Positions 50,001 to 62,476 of a stretch of DNA of 64,000 nt are shown here, in pieces. Numbering within the stretch: position 1 is the stretch's first letter; every line of letters begins with the position of its first letter. The notes under the pieces are model-generated. The model was given only the letters and a program-made list of their open reading frames with translations, was not told the origin of the DNA and did no database searches. The DNA is taken from the NCBI RefSeq assembly GCF_036588685.1, contig NW_026963347.1, positions 496,001 through 560,000 of the forward strand, in the 5' to 3' direction. The DNA is from Mytilus trossulus. Taxonomy: Eukaryota. A program made the translations under genes and the position numbers.

Positions 50001-53000
50001 TCAACAAATGGCCTTCTTCTTGTGTCACAAGTTTTAACAATACTGATACATAATGTACAAGGTGTGAAAATAGATCAGTAATAATACAGGTAAGTTTTGG
50101 TCGATTGATTTTAATCCTGAATATCATAATTTAAACAAAACACTATAAATCAATATACGTGACTGTGTATATTAACAATAAAAATAAGTGAAAAACAAGA
50201 CTGTTAGTATTTCTTATTGATGCCGTTTGGGTGATGTACATTAAGTTCCTTTATCCAAAAGCTTTCCCGAACCTGTCGCTGTGTATCACTCCAGTGAATG
50301 TTCTGCTCAATCACTAGAATTTTCATGCGGTTAAAGTCATCAAGTTTGTGATCCGACTGTCTGAAGTGCTGAGAGACTGGAAGAAGTGGCTTCTTCGAGA
50401 TATCACTCCTATGGCCATTGAGGCGTTTGTGGAAAGGCTGCTTTGACTCGCCAACATATTGGAGGCCACAAACCGAACATTCTAGTATGTAAATAACATT
50501 CATACTTTTGCAGGTAACATTGCAAAATATCTTATAGTTATTTTCGGTTGCCTTACTGTGAAATGTTGACGAATGCTGCATCTGTAAACAGCATTTGCAG
50601 CGTTTTTTTTCCACACGAACGACATTCTCCAGGAGTACTTCTATTATCAGACACTTCAGCCCGCACTAGCAGGTTCCGCAGACTACTAGGTTGCCTAAAA
50701 GCTATCATTGGAGGCTCAGGGAAAATCTTGGACAGTTTGGAATTCTTTTCAACTGATTTCCAATGCTCACGAATGACACCAAAGCTGTTTTTGAGAGATG
50801 GGTGATAAGTAAGAACACATGGAGTCCTTTTATTTTTCTTTTTAACTTTGTATTCCAATAGTTTACTCCTCGGAATTGACTCCGTTTTCTGAAAGCTTTT
50901 TTTTGATATTTCTGTGTTTGTAGCCCCTTTTCTTCAAGCGAGTTTCAAGTTTACGCAGTTGTCTTTTAGTTGTTTCTGTGTTGGAGCATATTCGCTTGCT
51001 TCTAAGTGCCTGACTGTATGGAATGCTCTTGGTAAGATGAGCAGGATGGCAACTTTAAGGGGACAAATATTGATGAGTGTCAGTAGGCTTAGAATATAAA
51101 TCTGTAGATATGATGCCCTCTGTGAGCGAACTTGAAGTATCGAGGAAGGCGATTTTGGATTTAGACTTCTCATGAGTAAATTTGATACTAGGATGTATGT
51201 TGTTGGCATGAGTGATAAAAGTGTCTAAATCCTCGTCGCTTTTGTTCCATTTCATATCCACATCATCTATAAATCTAAACCAGGAAAGCGGTTTTTCGAT
51301 GGAAGTTTCAAGGAGTTGTTTCTCTAATTTGCCCATAAATATGTTGGCATATGACGGAGCCATTTTGGTGCCCATGGCAGTTCCATTTACTTGCAAATAA
51401 TGATCTCCATCAAAAGTAAAGTTGTTTTTCTTAAGTACTAGCGTGAGCATTTTGACCAGGCATTCAGTAGGTGGATATTTTACTGGTCTGGAATTCCAAA
51501 CTTCTTTGCATGCATCGATGCCATCTGCATGTGGAATATTAGTGTAGAGGGAGGTAACATCCATGGAAACAAGAGTCGTGTCGGAGGGGAGTGGGTTTAA
51601 GGCCTGCATTTTTCTAAGATAATCGGTTGTATCTTTGATGTGAGATGGTAAGTCTTCAACATGTTGACGAAGATGGAAGTCAACAAATTCCGATATTTTT
51701 TCCGTCGGATGACCGTTCGCTGAAACTATAGGTCTTCCGGGGTTATTGGCCTTATGAATTTTAGGTAATAGATAGAATCTGTCCGGTTTTGGGTTTTCTG
51801 GTTTCAAATATTCAAGAGTTTTGTCATCGATGAAACCATCGTCATGCATTTCTTCCAAACTATTAGTAATATCTCTGCTAAAAGATGTAGTAGGATCAGA
51901 GTCTAGTTTTTGGTAGAACCTTGCATCGCTAAGTTGTCGTTCAGCCTCTTGAATATAGGCAGTTTTATCCATGACAACCACTGCACTGCCCTTGTCTGCA
52001 GGTTTAATGACGATATTGTTGTTAGATCGTAAGTTTTTCAGTGCAGTCCGTTCTTCATTGGTAAGATTGTCAAAAGGTTTATTGTTATTTTTAGTATTTT
52101 TAATAATGTATGACTTAAAGTTATCAATAAAAGATTCCAAGGTAGCATTTTTGCTCGGTCTAGGGATCCAAGAACACTTTTTAATAAATTTGTAGTTGTT
52201 CTCTACTTCTGAAATTTCTGAGTCCCCATCCGCGCTTATTATGTTATCCTCCTTCGACGCGAAATATTCCTTAATACGTAGACCTCTAGCAAAATTGTCA
52301 AGGTCTTCCGACAATTTGGTGTCATTGACAGGAGCAGGTAGAGGACAGAAGTTAAGTCCTCTAGAGAGAAGAGATGTTTCCGATTCCGTTAATTGGTGTT
52401 GAGAAAGATTGACCACGATGTTGGAGGGTGAATCAGTCTGTTGAGGTCTACGTTTAAAGCGTCTTATTCGTTTAGTCTTTCTCTCTGATGGTAATGAAGG
52501 GTGGGTGTATTCTATGCCATCCCTGCGGAATTTTCGTTTTTGTCTTTCACTTAAGTTGTTGGATTGTATAGTAGTTATGTCCTTGAGACGAGTGTTGATA
52601 GCATCACAATTGTCAGATGTTAGATCTCTTTTGCAGCTATTCAAAAGGGTGTTAAACTCGCCAGTGAGAGTTTTGAGATGTCCTTCGCAGTGTTGTTTAA
52701 GGAGGACCACTAACCGCTTTGAACAATGGAAGAGGGTTTGGTCCCATCTGCGAAGTAGTGTTTTGGATAAAGAGCCAGGTGCTTGTGGCTTGATCTTGAT
52801 TTGTAGTCCGTTAGGAATACGTTCATTAAACTCGTAGTTAATCAAATTAGATAAATGGTGTTCAGTTCTAATTTGTTTTTGTTTAATAGCTCTAAGTTGT
52901 TTAAAATAATCATTGATGTTCATGATATAAGAGCTAAAAACTTAAATTTGCTGGGATTATGTGAGTAACATGATACAGGTCATTCAGGGGGAAAATAATA

Positions 53001-56000
53001 TAAAAGTCTATAAAAAGGACCAACCAGCAAATTTACTATGTACCGGATCGTCTAGAATAGGCGATACTATATATATATATATCTATACGCCGCTAGATTA
53101 AAAATTGACGTGGAAAGGTAACATATGGCCACCGAAAGCTCTTTTTTTTAGAGCCCAGGTGGTCGTGTGGTCTAGCGGGACGGCTGCAGTGCAGGCGATT
53201 TGGTGTCACGATATCACAGTAGCATGGGTTCGAATCCCGGCGAGGGAAGAACCAAAAATTTGCGAAAGCAAATTTACAGATCTAACATTGTTGGGTTGAT
53301 GTTTAGAAGAGTTGTATATATATATATATATATATATACATATACAACTCGTCTAAACATCAACCCAACAATGTTAGATCTGTAAATTTGATATATATAT
53401 ATATAAGTACGTCTGAGTCAGTGACAACCCTACAACAGATGTATCCATCGGATCGCCATCAATGATGGTGATACATGGCTGTGTACATAATGTATATACA
53501 ACTCGTCTAAACATCAACCCAACAATGTTAGATCTGTAAATTTGTTTCGCAAATTTTTGGTTCTTCCCTCGCCGGGATTCGAACCCATGCTACTGTGATA
53601 TCGTGACACCAAATCGCCTGCACTGCAGCCGTCCCTCTAGACCACACGACCACCTGGGCTCTCAAAAAAAGAGCTTTCGGTGGGCATGTGTTACCTTTCC
53701 ACGTTAGTTTTAATCTAGCGGCGTACTACAGTACATGATATATAAGGCATATATATATATATATATATGTATGTTTCAATATTAATACCAAATTATTCCA
53801 TCTCTGATGACCTTACAACAGTATCCTAACTATATCCCTTCTCAGTAAGTCTGTTTAAAGGTTTGTCTGCTTTATATAATATAATACCCTAATAAAAGAT
53901 TGGATGTTAAATACCTGAAAGTATAAATTTCTGCATGATGCCTTCATTGCCAAAATATTTAAAAATGTTTTGACTAGTTTGTGAAATCGAAAACCCTGGT
54001 ATATTAACAATGTTGCAGTAACACAGATATTTCTTTTGTTAAAATCAAATACATTTCTTATAAACAGGTTGCATTATAACGCTGTAACATTATTTTTTTT
54101 CAAACTGAGCAAATTTCAGTTTGTATGTTTTGAGCAAACTATATTAGATTAACTCATCTTTCCACATTTTGCTTTCAACATGTTTTGGTCGGGGGGAAAT
54201 TTCTAAAATTATACAATCATCCAAATTTTGGCTATTATTCTTTAATGCAATATTAAAAATAATAAAAAAGCAATAAAAAACATAGAGAGAGATAGAGTGC
54301 ACACGAAACACATATAGTCGGATGATTTTATTATTTTCTGAAGCATGTCCAGCAGGAACTTACGGGAAGTTTTGTAAGAATCACTGCCTAAAAGGTCAGT
54401 TTGGTAAAATGTGCAACTCTACATGCCATTGCAGTTCAGTTCAGGTATGCAACAATATATTTGGATGTGTCTGTCCAGAAGGATTAACAGGAAACAAATG
54501 TGATAAAGGTAATGTTGGAAATAATTCATTCAACTTTAAGACATGCTCTTTTTTACTTCAATCATGTGTTAATAATATAAAACAACAAAATTTTATGTTA
54601 ACACTGCAATTGTCAAATTCAGATTGAAATTAACCTTTTATACTCGCCATTAACAAATATATTAACTATAAAGATTGATAGACTAACTGTTGATTTGATT
54701 AACGTTCAGTGTCAAATGTTTCAAGCATTTTAAGATTAGACAAAAGAAAAGACGTCAATATTATAAGTAGGCATTTCCGATAATGTATTTTCTATTGTTT
54801 TTATGCCACAATTTTTGACCGGCACTTGAAGCTTTAGTTAATTGAATCCACACTATTGTCACTGGTTTTCACAGTTTATAACGTTTTAACTAAACGGATC
54901 CACAAACAAGACGCAACGCTCACTGGTGATACCATGGATATTTTTCATCAATACATCTACTTTCAAAATTGGTATCTGTATTGTTGGAAATTGGTTGATG
55001 TGTCATTGACATACAGGCCCTTTTACACTATTTGAAATAGATGATGTGAATGATAACTGATGAATATATATATATATGCCTTTTACATGACTATTTTTAC
55101 GTTGGCCTATGGAACGTTTTTTTATCTTCACCAGAGTGCATATTCTATGTTTGTCATGTGAAATCTAAACAGAAAAATTGCAATGTTTACTAATTGTTAT
55201 TGTAGATGTTACATCTGTAGAAAACACTTTCACAAATATTGTTGTTACTGGTTATGCAAGTGAAGCTATCACTATCGAGGAGACACCAATCAAAAGCAGT
55301 GGTAGGTAGATGCAGCATCTAATAATAATAAATAATAATGACAACTTAAATTGACTTCCAATTGACGAATTTGACTTATCACAAAGAGGCGAATAAACGC
55401 ATCATCAACATGTTTTATAAAACCAATTTCTCCCGCTACCTTTACCATGTTTACATATCAACAAAATACATTGTATATTTGAAATGTGGATACAGCTCGA
55501 TAATGATACATATTATTTTTTAAATAACATGGTAAAAGCAGATGTTATATTTGTAACAAAATTTCACGCGAAAATAAATTTATCAGTTTGATTTACCTTT
55601 TTACAAAATTTTCATTTTCACTTATTTTACCATGAAATATGAATTTCGTTATTGTAGAACCATCGAATAAAGAATGGCTATGGTATACAATTTGTATTAC
55701 TGGAGCTATAATAATAACTGCGTCAAGTCATGTATTGCGTTCTTATAGAAAGCGAAAATTAAGACTTACAAATGAAGAAGCAGTGGTGGAATCAACAACA
55801 ACTTCTCAGTATACTGGTTTCTATCATGAAATTGACGAAAACATTTTTAAAGATGTCACACCAAGCCTATCCCTGGTATCACACCCATCTAAAATGGAAG
55901 CTATGTGCTTTATTCCACAAGAGAATTCGTTGATCACAAGAAGCACTGAACTTGTAAATACAGATTATCTTGATCCTGTATTCGCAGCAGAAGACGACGA

Positions 56001-56337
56001 AGAATATTCGCAACAACAAGAATTGCATAAAAAAGATAACATGTCAACGTGTTTCTCCGTAATAGTTCCGCTTAGTATCAAATCTGTCAATCCTTCCAAA
56101 GTCACAGAAACTCGGCATGAACATATGCATGGGTATGAAGTACCTGTGATGGTTCATCAGTGCATCGAAAGTTCATCCGGGTCTGATGAAGATGCAACCG
56201 ATCATAAATATTCTCATGTGTATCAATCACTACAAAAAGACAGTCCAACGGAAAATAACGAATACAAAAAACTGCGGACGCCTGAAAATAAGATAGTAAA
56301 TGATGAATCACTGCAAGCAACTACTGAAGCTATATAA
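44025..56337 (+). CDS. EMI/EGF single-pass receptor, gene C, 375 aa; exons 44025-44131, 44232-44311, 54344-54508, 55206-55301, 55658-56337
   Basis: GT-AG, phase-compatible exons of 107+80+165+96+680=1128 nt, homologous exon by exon to gene B. Intron 2 is ~10 kb and packed with TEs. Confidence 0.85.
44367..44766. mobile_element. Kolobok-type MITE (same family as 62087-62476)
   Basis: TTAA-GGATGTTCGCT...AGCGAACCACC(A)TTAA, with an internal match to 62087-62476. Confidence 0.7.
45019..47550. mobile_element. MITE split by a nested CACTA element
   Basis: TIRs AGGAGTAGGTCCGG / CTGAACCTACTCCT with further inverted similarity inward. Confidence 0.7.
45473..47433. mobile_element. Non-autonomous CACTA/EnSpm element
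   Basis: CACTACAAACCATT / AATGGTTTGTAGTG termini, a TTA target duplication and ~20-bp subterminal repeats (AGTCTGAAC...TACTCGAC) at both ends in opposite orientation. Confidence 0.85.
48909..49700 (+). mobile_element. ~1.8 tandem copies of the 442-nt tRNA-promoter structured unit, bounded by (TA)n
   Basis: GAATATAATTATTTTCTG occurs at 48909 and 49351 (period 442). tRNA-like heads lie at ~49093 and 49535. The array ends GAGTTGTATA(TA)n. Confidence 0.85.
49711..49798 (+). mobile_element. 3' fragment of the 546-nt retrozyme
   Basis: Near-identical to 3686-3772 and flanked by TA runs. Confidence 0.85.
49985..50027 (-). ncRNA. Variant minimal hammerhead-like motif in the PLE 3' region
   Basis: The reverse complement reads UGACA-CAAGAAGA-(A)GGC(cauuuguuga)GCC-GAAA-UA-UU-UGUCA. 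Stems I and II, GAAA and an AUAU palindrome are present, but the core reads CAAGAAGA instead of CUGANGA. Confidence 0.5.
50204..52923 (-). pseudogene. PLE polyprotein (RT + Zn-knuckle linker + GIY-YIG endonuclease), ~900 aa if repaired
   Basis: Motifs include IKPADKG, YLLPKIHK, GRPIVS, DVTSLYTNIP, GTAMGTKMAPSYANIFM, FRFIDD and NVIYILECSVCGLQYVGE. Lesions are one in-frame TAA (51055-51057) and two +1 shifts in T8 runs (50897-50904 and 50603-50610). Confidence 0.92.
53086..53318 (+). mobile_element. 5'-truncated copy of the 442-nt unit
   Basis: Matches 49468-49700 and has TA runs on both sides. Confidence 0.85.
53341..53750 (-). mobile_element. Two further partial copies of the 442-nt unit in reverse orientation (53341-53390 and 53403-53750)
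   Basis: Reverse-complement matches separated by TA runs. Confidence 0.85.
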
Positions 56338-57029
56338 GAACTAGTTAATTCCCGCATTTCATACACAATTCAAGGAAGCTCGATCTGACAAAACAATAGA
56401 AAAGATTTGTTTTTTAAAGAGAATGTGTGATGAAAAATATCTGAGATAAACAAGTTGACGACAGGTGACATGCACACTGTTGATGCTTTTGAATGTGAAG
56501 AAAGACAAGACCATTAACGTTAGGAAAATGTACGTTGTCACAGAGACGTAACTCAAAGCAATCATGCAAATCCTTGTAAATACAAAATGTAATAGTGCTG
56601 AAATTTTGAATCAGAATTTTAAATGATTATGCTATAATTAATTATTATTAATCTATCAGTATATGCAAAGCGAAATGGAAGAGCATAAACTCCGAACGGA
56701 GCTAGAACGGTTTGACAACAGGATAAGCGTATCATTCTTTGCCTGCATCACTCGACATGCACATCAAGGCTCAGTAAAAGTTACCCTTGAAAAAGAAAAT
56801 AGCAAATTAACTTATAACGACAATTCCAAAAGTACGATTAAAAAACAAACACATTTACTGTAAACAAAACAGACAAACAATAGTAGACAAAACAGAACAT
56901 AGAAAACTATACAGTGAGCAACATGAACCCTATTATAAAATAAGTCTGATCTCATGTGCTTAGGAAAGATAAGCAGATTAACAAATGGCACCCGTTTTGT
57001 TGGAATGTAACTAACTCAACATGAAAATT

Positions 57030-57330
57030 CCACAATTGAGAATCTGAAACCATTTGATGTGTCTCAAAGTTCTATGTTCAGCCGACCCTTATTGTAAATT
57101 TCTAGACACTGTATGAGGCTCACTTAACGCTATTAATTGAATTCTTTATTTCAAGTCCAATTGAATAAATGTGTTCACCAAATTGTGATTTGTTTAGTGA
57201 AAGAACATCTTCTATAGAGTGGACAGTACTGTTAAAGTGTATTGCTAACTTTTTTTCGTCCTTCCTTAGAAGTAGAATCAGCCTCATATGAATATTAGAA
57301 GCCGGTAATGGCCCCATAACATTTCACTTT
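57030..57330 (-). pseudogene. Highly decayed reverse-transcriptase fragment (PLE-like)
   Basis: KKLAIHFNSTVHSIEDVLSLNKSQFGEHIYSIGLEIK resembles the F-x-x-T-F-R-YIDDVLSLNN region of PLE-type RTs. It lies next to a family-3 repeat. Confidence 0.55.
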
Positions 57331-58084
57331 TAGGGCTTTCTCATTATGATTGCAAACGATTAAATACATATTGGTCAAATATATCTTGATATCATTTTTT
57401 CGACTGTCAGTATAAAGACGCTCTTGCATCAAATTGGTGTTAATAGGACATATGTTACATAAACTCTGTTTAAATGATTTAAAGTATGAAAATTGTAGGT
57501 ATTCGAATATCACTGTATAAGAAATAATCTAGAAATTATTAAAAGGATACATGCTATGTCCATTTCTAGAATATGAAACAATTTAAACTCGCAAATCTAT
57601 GTATTAGACCGTTGGTTTTCCCGTTTGAATGGTTTTACACTAGTAATTTTTGGGGCCCTTTATAGTTTGTTGTTCGGTTTGAGCCAAGGCACCGTGTTGC
57701 AGGCCGTAATTTGACCTATTATGGTTTACTTTTTTAAATTGTTATTTGGATAGAGAGTTGTCTCATTGGCACTCACACCACAGCATCCTATATTTATGTG
57801 AGTGAAAAAAAAAACTTTATTTAAAACTTTATTTAAAACTTTGTGGTGGTAGAATGGCGCAATATTCAGGTTTCTTTGCTCAATAGAAACACAATACGAA
57901 TATTACTCAAATATGTTTGAATTGTACGTCCGTCGAGTAATGATTTTTGTGTAAATGCTTATTCTTCATTTTTTTTAAATATATATAAATAAACCTCTTT
58001 ACGATCATTTGGGAATTTTCATCGGACATGCATATATTCAACTGTATTTGTTCTCCTTAGCAATATGTTTGTTAAGCAAACTAA

Positions 58085-58170
58085 ACCTTATCGACAGGTT
58101 TTAGATGTTCATATGTGCACGAACTGCGCCCCATTAATTGTGGAGTGTTTCCTCTGTTGTTATGTTTATC
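58085..58170 (+). pseudogene. Decayed RT fragment
   Basis: Translates as DVHMCTNCAPLIVECFLCCY, resembling the G-I-P-M-G-T-N-C-A-P-L motif of PLE-type RTs. Confidence 0.45.
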
Positions 58171-58886
58171 GTTTATTGCTAAAATTTCCTGAAATAAAAA
58201 AATGCAACAACACTAAACCTAACCGTTATCTTAAATATCGTTAAAAAATTTTGTCTTGAGATTATTAAGAATTCTTTAGATATAGTCCTTATATCTAATC
58301 AAATGAACTTGCTTAGAATCAGTTAATTATAATCAACAATAGCTGTCTTTTTTTTTTAATTTATATATTTCAGTTTTACATGTAATTCGAAAAACTTTTA
58401 TGCAAATAGTGGACTGGAGGGATATGTTTAGTTCCTTACTGGTCATTTCTCTTGCGTAATCAGATATTCCTTTGACCATACTTTACAATTTACTGATGTG
58501 GTCTTTACATTCAATTACTGTCAACGATAATTAATAAGACATTGTTATCAGATATTTTGAATATTGATTCAAAATTAAAGTTGTATATGTATGCGGCTAC
58601 ACTAATGTCCTAAATAAATGGAACCTGTAGCATTTTGTCTCTGGTGGAATCTTACCATATCATAAGATTTTCTATATTTTGAGATGTTAATCATTACAAA
58701 ATATTCAACTGCTGTTAAATTTAACACAATTTATATCACACTATATGCTCTCTTTGTTGTCCTTGCGTTTCTAGAGCGCTGCGGTAAGTCACCTAATTAT
58801 CGTATTCAGTCTTTAATTACAACACACAATCTTCGTTTATAATACAGTTTTAATAACTTACATCAATATACATATTAAACAAAGTA

Positions 58887-59094
58887 CTGCGGATTCATTA
58901 ATATACGTTGGATACCAATTTTCGTGGATTTCGTAGGTACAGGAGAACCACGAATTCAAATGTTCAACGAATAACAAATTTTCTAAAGGAATGAGTGGAG
59001 ACTTTGCCAAAACCACGAAATTAAATATCCACGAGTATGTAAATTTTCCTCATACCACGAAAATTGGTACCCACGAAAATAAATGAATCCACAG
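58887..59094. mobile_element. Tc1/mariner-type MITE
   Basis: TA-CTGCGGATTCATT ... AATGAATCCACAG-TA, with internal CCACGAA repeats. Confidence 0.8.
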
Positions 59095-60015
59095 TAAATT
59101 AAACATGTGAAGAACATGTTTTATTATATTTTTTTTTGTTTTATAATTCTGACTTACGTTTAATTTGGTCGTACAAAACATTCTATAATACATGGAGTAA
59201 ATTAATTCAATGTAACTCTTAAAACATATCCATTGAAAATTGAAAATACTAATAAGCATTATACTAAGATATTCTGGAATGGTTCTGGACCTGACTGATT
59301 TAAATAAGTTTATGTGATGATATGTGATATGTATGTTACTGGTATCATTCTCCGAATAAGAACAACTTTATTACTATTGGTAAGACCAAAAATTTGATGT
59401 CAATGGAAAACATTCCAATTTTCATTAACATGTAACACCAAATGTATTCTCACAATAACAGTTTACACAAAAATAACAGTCCTATAACAGCTAACAAGTA
59501 ATAAACCAATACAAGCTAACATCAGATATATACTTTCAGAATAACAGATAACAAAGAATTAAATTTCCTCTAAACAGCATGACAAATGAACTATTTGCCC
59601 CCTCTAAAAGTTAAATAGGTCGATGATTCAAAAAATGGGTAAATCTATATCAGTCAATCTATAGATTTAAATTGAACAGTAAGGATCAAAACATTGTAAA
59701 GGGACCTTGTACATGTGATCCTATTTGAAAATATATTGAAGAAATATTGCTTGTCAACATACTATATATAAATTTTGGTCCTTGGATACTTACAACTGTG
59801 ACAATTATAGATATGACATACGATTTCCTGTCTGTTTTAGTAGGTCAATTGACTATTATAACATTAATTTATGTATTTCCGTTAATGCCAATCAAGTATC
59901 ACATGAATAAACATGCTAAAGGAAATAAAACTTTTAACATCAGTTTTTCTCTATGTACTTAATACTACAATTAACAAATTATCATAATAAAAAAAATATA
60001 TATTGTTTCTATTAC

Positions 60016-60788
60016 AACAAGAGTGCACCACTGAACGGTTCTGCCTTTTTTACTGACCATTGCTATTAAGTTGATAGTCATAAACATAAAGCTTTATAAC
60101 ATCTAGCATGTAAAAATAACATGATCAATGAAAATGAGGTCAAGGTCAGATGAACAAAACTAGAAATACATGTACACCGTACATCATTCCATACACCAAA
60201 CATGCTTTAAATATAGTTGACATATTGCACATCTTTGAAACAAACATAACCAGGAAATCTTTATATTAATCAATGAACCATGAAAATGAATCCAAGGTAA
60301 GACAGACATGTAAACCTTACAATCATGACATGTTTTTAATTTAGATGACCTATTGCATATAGTGACTATCTACGAAACACACTTTTAAACAGGAAAACTT
60401 AAGATTCACCAATAATTCATTAACATTAGATTATGGGCAGATACTTATTGCCAGAAAGACCCCTTACAATCATTTCATACACGAACTAAGTTAACTTATT
60501 GCTTATAGTATTAGAAAATCAGAAAATAACACTGAACATTGAGCAATACTCTGTTAAAATGAAGTCAAGGTAAAATAACACATGCCCGACGGATATTTAC
60601 ATCGTAAAATAGAAAAACGGAAATTGTATAACAAAAGACATCTACAGACAAAGTATGAAGGATCTAGATCTCCTTCCTTCAGAAATATAAAGCTTATTTT
60701 TAAAATACTTTTGGTAACGCCAGCGCTTTCGGATAACTATCCACACGTCGAGCTGCTGTGATGGAAGTAGCAGGCTCGACAAAAAAAA
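60016..60788 (-). mobile_element. HINE/Helentron-like element with diverged central tandem repeats
   Basis: Starts AACAAGAG. ATGAAAATGAGGTCAAGGT-like units recur at ~60130, 60280 and 60555. It ends in a GTCGAGC...GCTCGAC palindrome followed by an A run. Confidence 0.55.
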
Positions 60789-62086
60789 CAAGGCACATGT
60801 TCCAAATGTTCGCCTTATCAAAAAAGAACAGACACCACAAACTGCTCAAAGACCATATTTTACTGATGGAGCACAAATTTTACTTGACAAGACTCAACAT
60901 AATCTCGATAGTACTTATCTGTACTCGAATTAGGTCTCTACTTTACCTAACTCGATAATCTTGGTATGGTCTAATATGGTCTCTACAAATGCCATGTCAT
61001 ATGTTGTCACTTATAAATTTTCAAGGATCTTGAGTTCGCATTGTAGATACAAGTTTATAGTAATTTTTGTTGTAAGACATATATATGACAAGAGTATATG
61101 ATAAGGTAAGATGATGGGGTATGGTTGTCAAAGAAAGGTTTCACTTCTATTCTTCCCAGTTTGAAACGTTTATAGAGTTTTATATCAAATCCATCCAAGG
61201 TATTTAACAAAAGACTAACGGTGTTTGCTTTAATCATCATAATATTTCATACATTAACATATTCATTCTAACTGATTTAAGAAATTATAAACAAATAACT
61301 CAGTCTGCTTTATTTATAGATAAATATCCAGTTCCCTCGTGGGTTGCTTCTAGTTATGATTATATATATTGCAAAGCTCTAATCCTCAAAATATAGAGAT
61401 ACGTATTATTAAACATCACCAAAAAGCTACACACACAGCCTCTTGTTTCTCCGAATAAAGACACTGTTTGGCAGTAAGAACCTATATTGTGTACCACTCG
61501 TGTATTGATTGAAGTAACTTTTCGTGAAGCATCTTTAACATTACTTGCATGTATGATACGATTTTGTGTTGTGGTAAAATGATTTTTATATACTTCAATT
61601 AAAACTATTTAAGTATATCCCACCTTTATGAGACCACACCTGCAGGATGCGTAAATGAAATGCTTATTGTGTACAATAGTAGCAAAGTGCAACATGTTTT
61701 AAGAAGATGAATAGTCTGCAATGTAACGATATTTGTTTCAATTTGGTTAGTCCGTCGTATTAAATAACTATGTCATTTTTGCCATGGCGTTTTCAGTTTC
61801 TCTTTGATGATTGGATTGAGGCTATCCTTGTAGATATTTCGGACTAATGTACATAAATTACAGATTTGGATCTGCTTGTTTTTTTCGCTTTCATTTTGCT
61901 CCGACTGTGGCGTTGTCGGCGGTACGGAGTGTTTGACCGGTCTGACAGTATGGCATATTCTATATCTTCTTCTTACATATCTTTTGTTTTATTTTATAGA
62001 GCTGCTTTCGTTTTGTTTTATACAGCTGCCAGCAAGTGATCGATGGTTGTTGACATGATCCTTCTGTGTAGTGCACTTGTATTTAA

Positions 62087-62476
62087 GGATGTTTGCTTGT
62101 CATGTTTTGGAGTTTTTGTCAGATTTTCGAAATCCTCTGGTTTTATCCATTTCAATGCCTTATCATATTTTGCCCATGAACCCCCATATTTCTTTTTATA
62201 AATCTTTTCAATGTATAATAATAAGCAATTTGTAAAATTTTTATAAATTTTTATTTATTTTTTGATAGTTTTTGAGAACTTTAACTGGTCAATGATAAAG
62301 CTATGAAAAGTCAAGAGAGAACATTTTCCCGCCAAAATGTCAATGGCTAATATCTCAAAAACAAGCGCATTGACCCCTAATTTTTTTTTGCTTTTTTGCT
62401 TCTTCAATTTATCCCCTATCAATATATACTAGTTTTATGGAAAGTTATTTATTATGAAACTGAGCAGCAAACATCC
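62087..62476. mobile_element. Kolobok-type MITE
   Basis: TTAA TSD on both sides and TIR GGATGTTTGCT / AGCAAACATCC. Confidence 0.8.

Larger units (their letters stand above)
49819..53070 (-). mobile_element. Penelope-like retroelement (Neptune-type), near full length, with partial pLTR direct repeat
   Basis: RT plus Cys-rich linker plus GIY-YIG ORF. An identical ~73-bp direct repeat lies at 49819-49891 and 52998-53070, with TA runs at both ends. Confidence 0.93.

Noticed and set aside
50603-50904. Programmed frameshifting in the PLE
   Set aside because: PLEs normally have a single ORF. Homopolymer indels plus a separate nonsense codon are better explained by mutation or assembly error.
50548-52837. 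Plus-strand ORFs overlapping the PLE
   Set aside because: They are antisense shadows of the RT ORF with no recognisable motifs.
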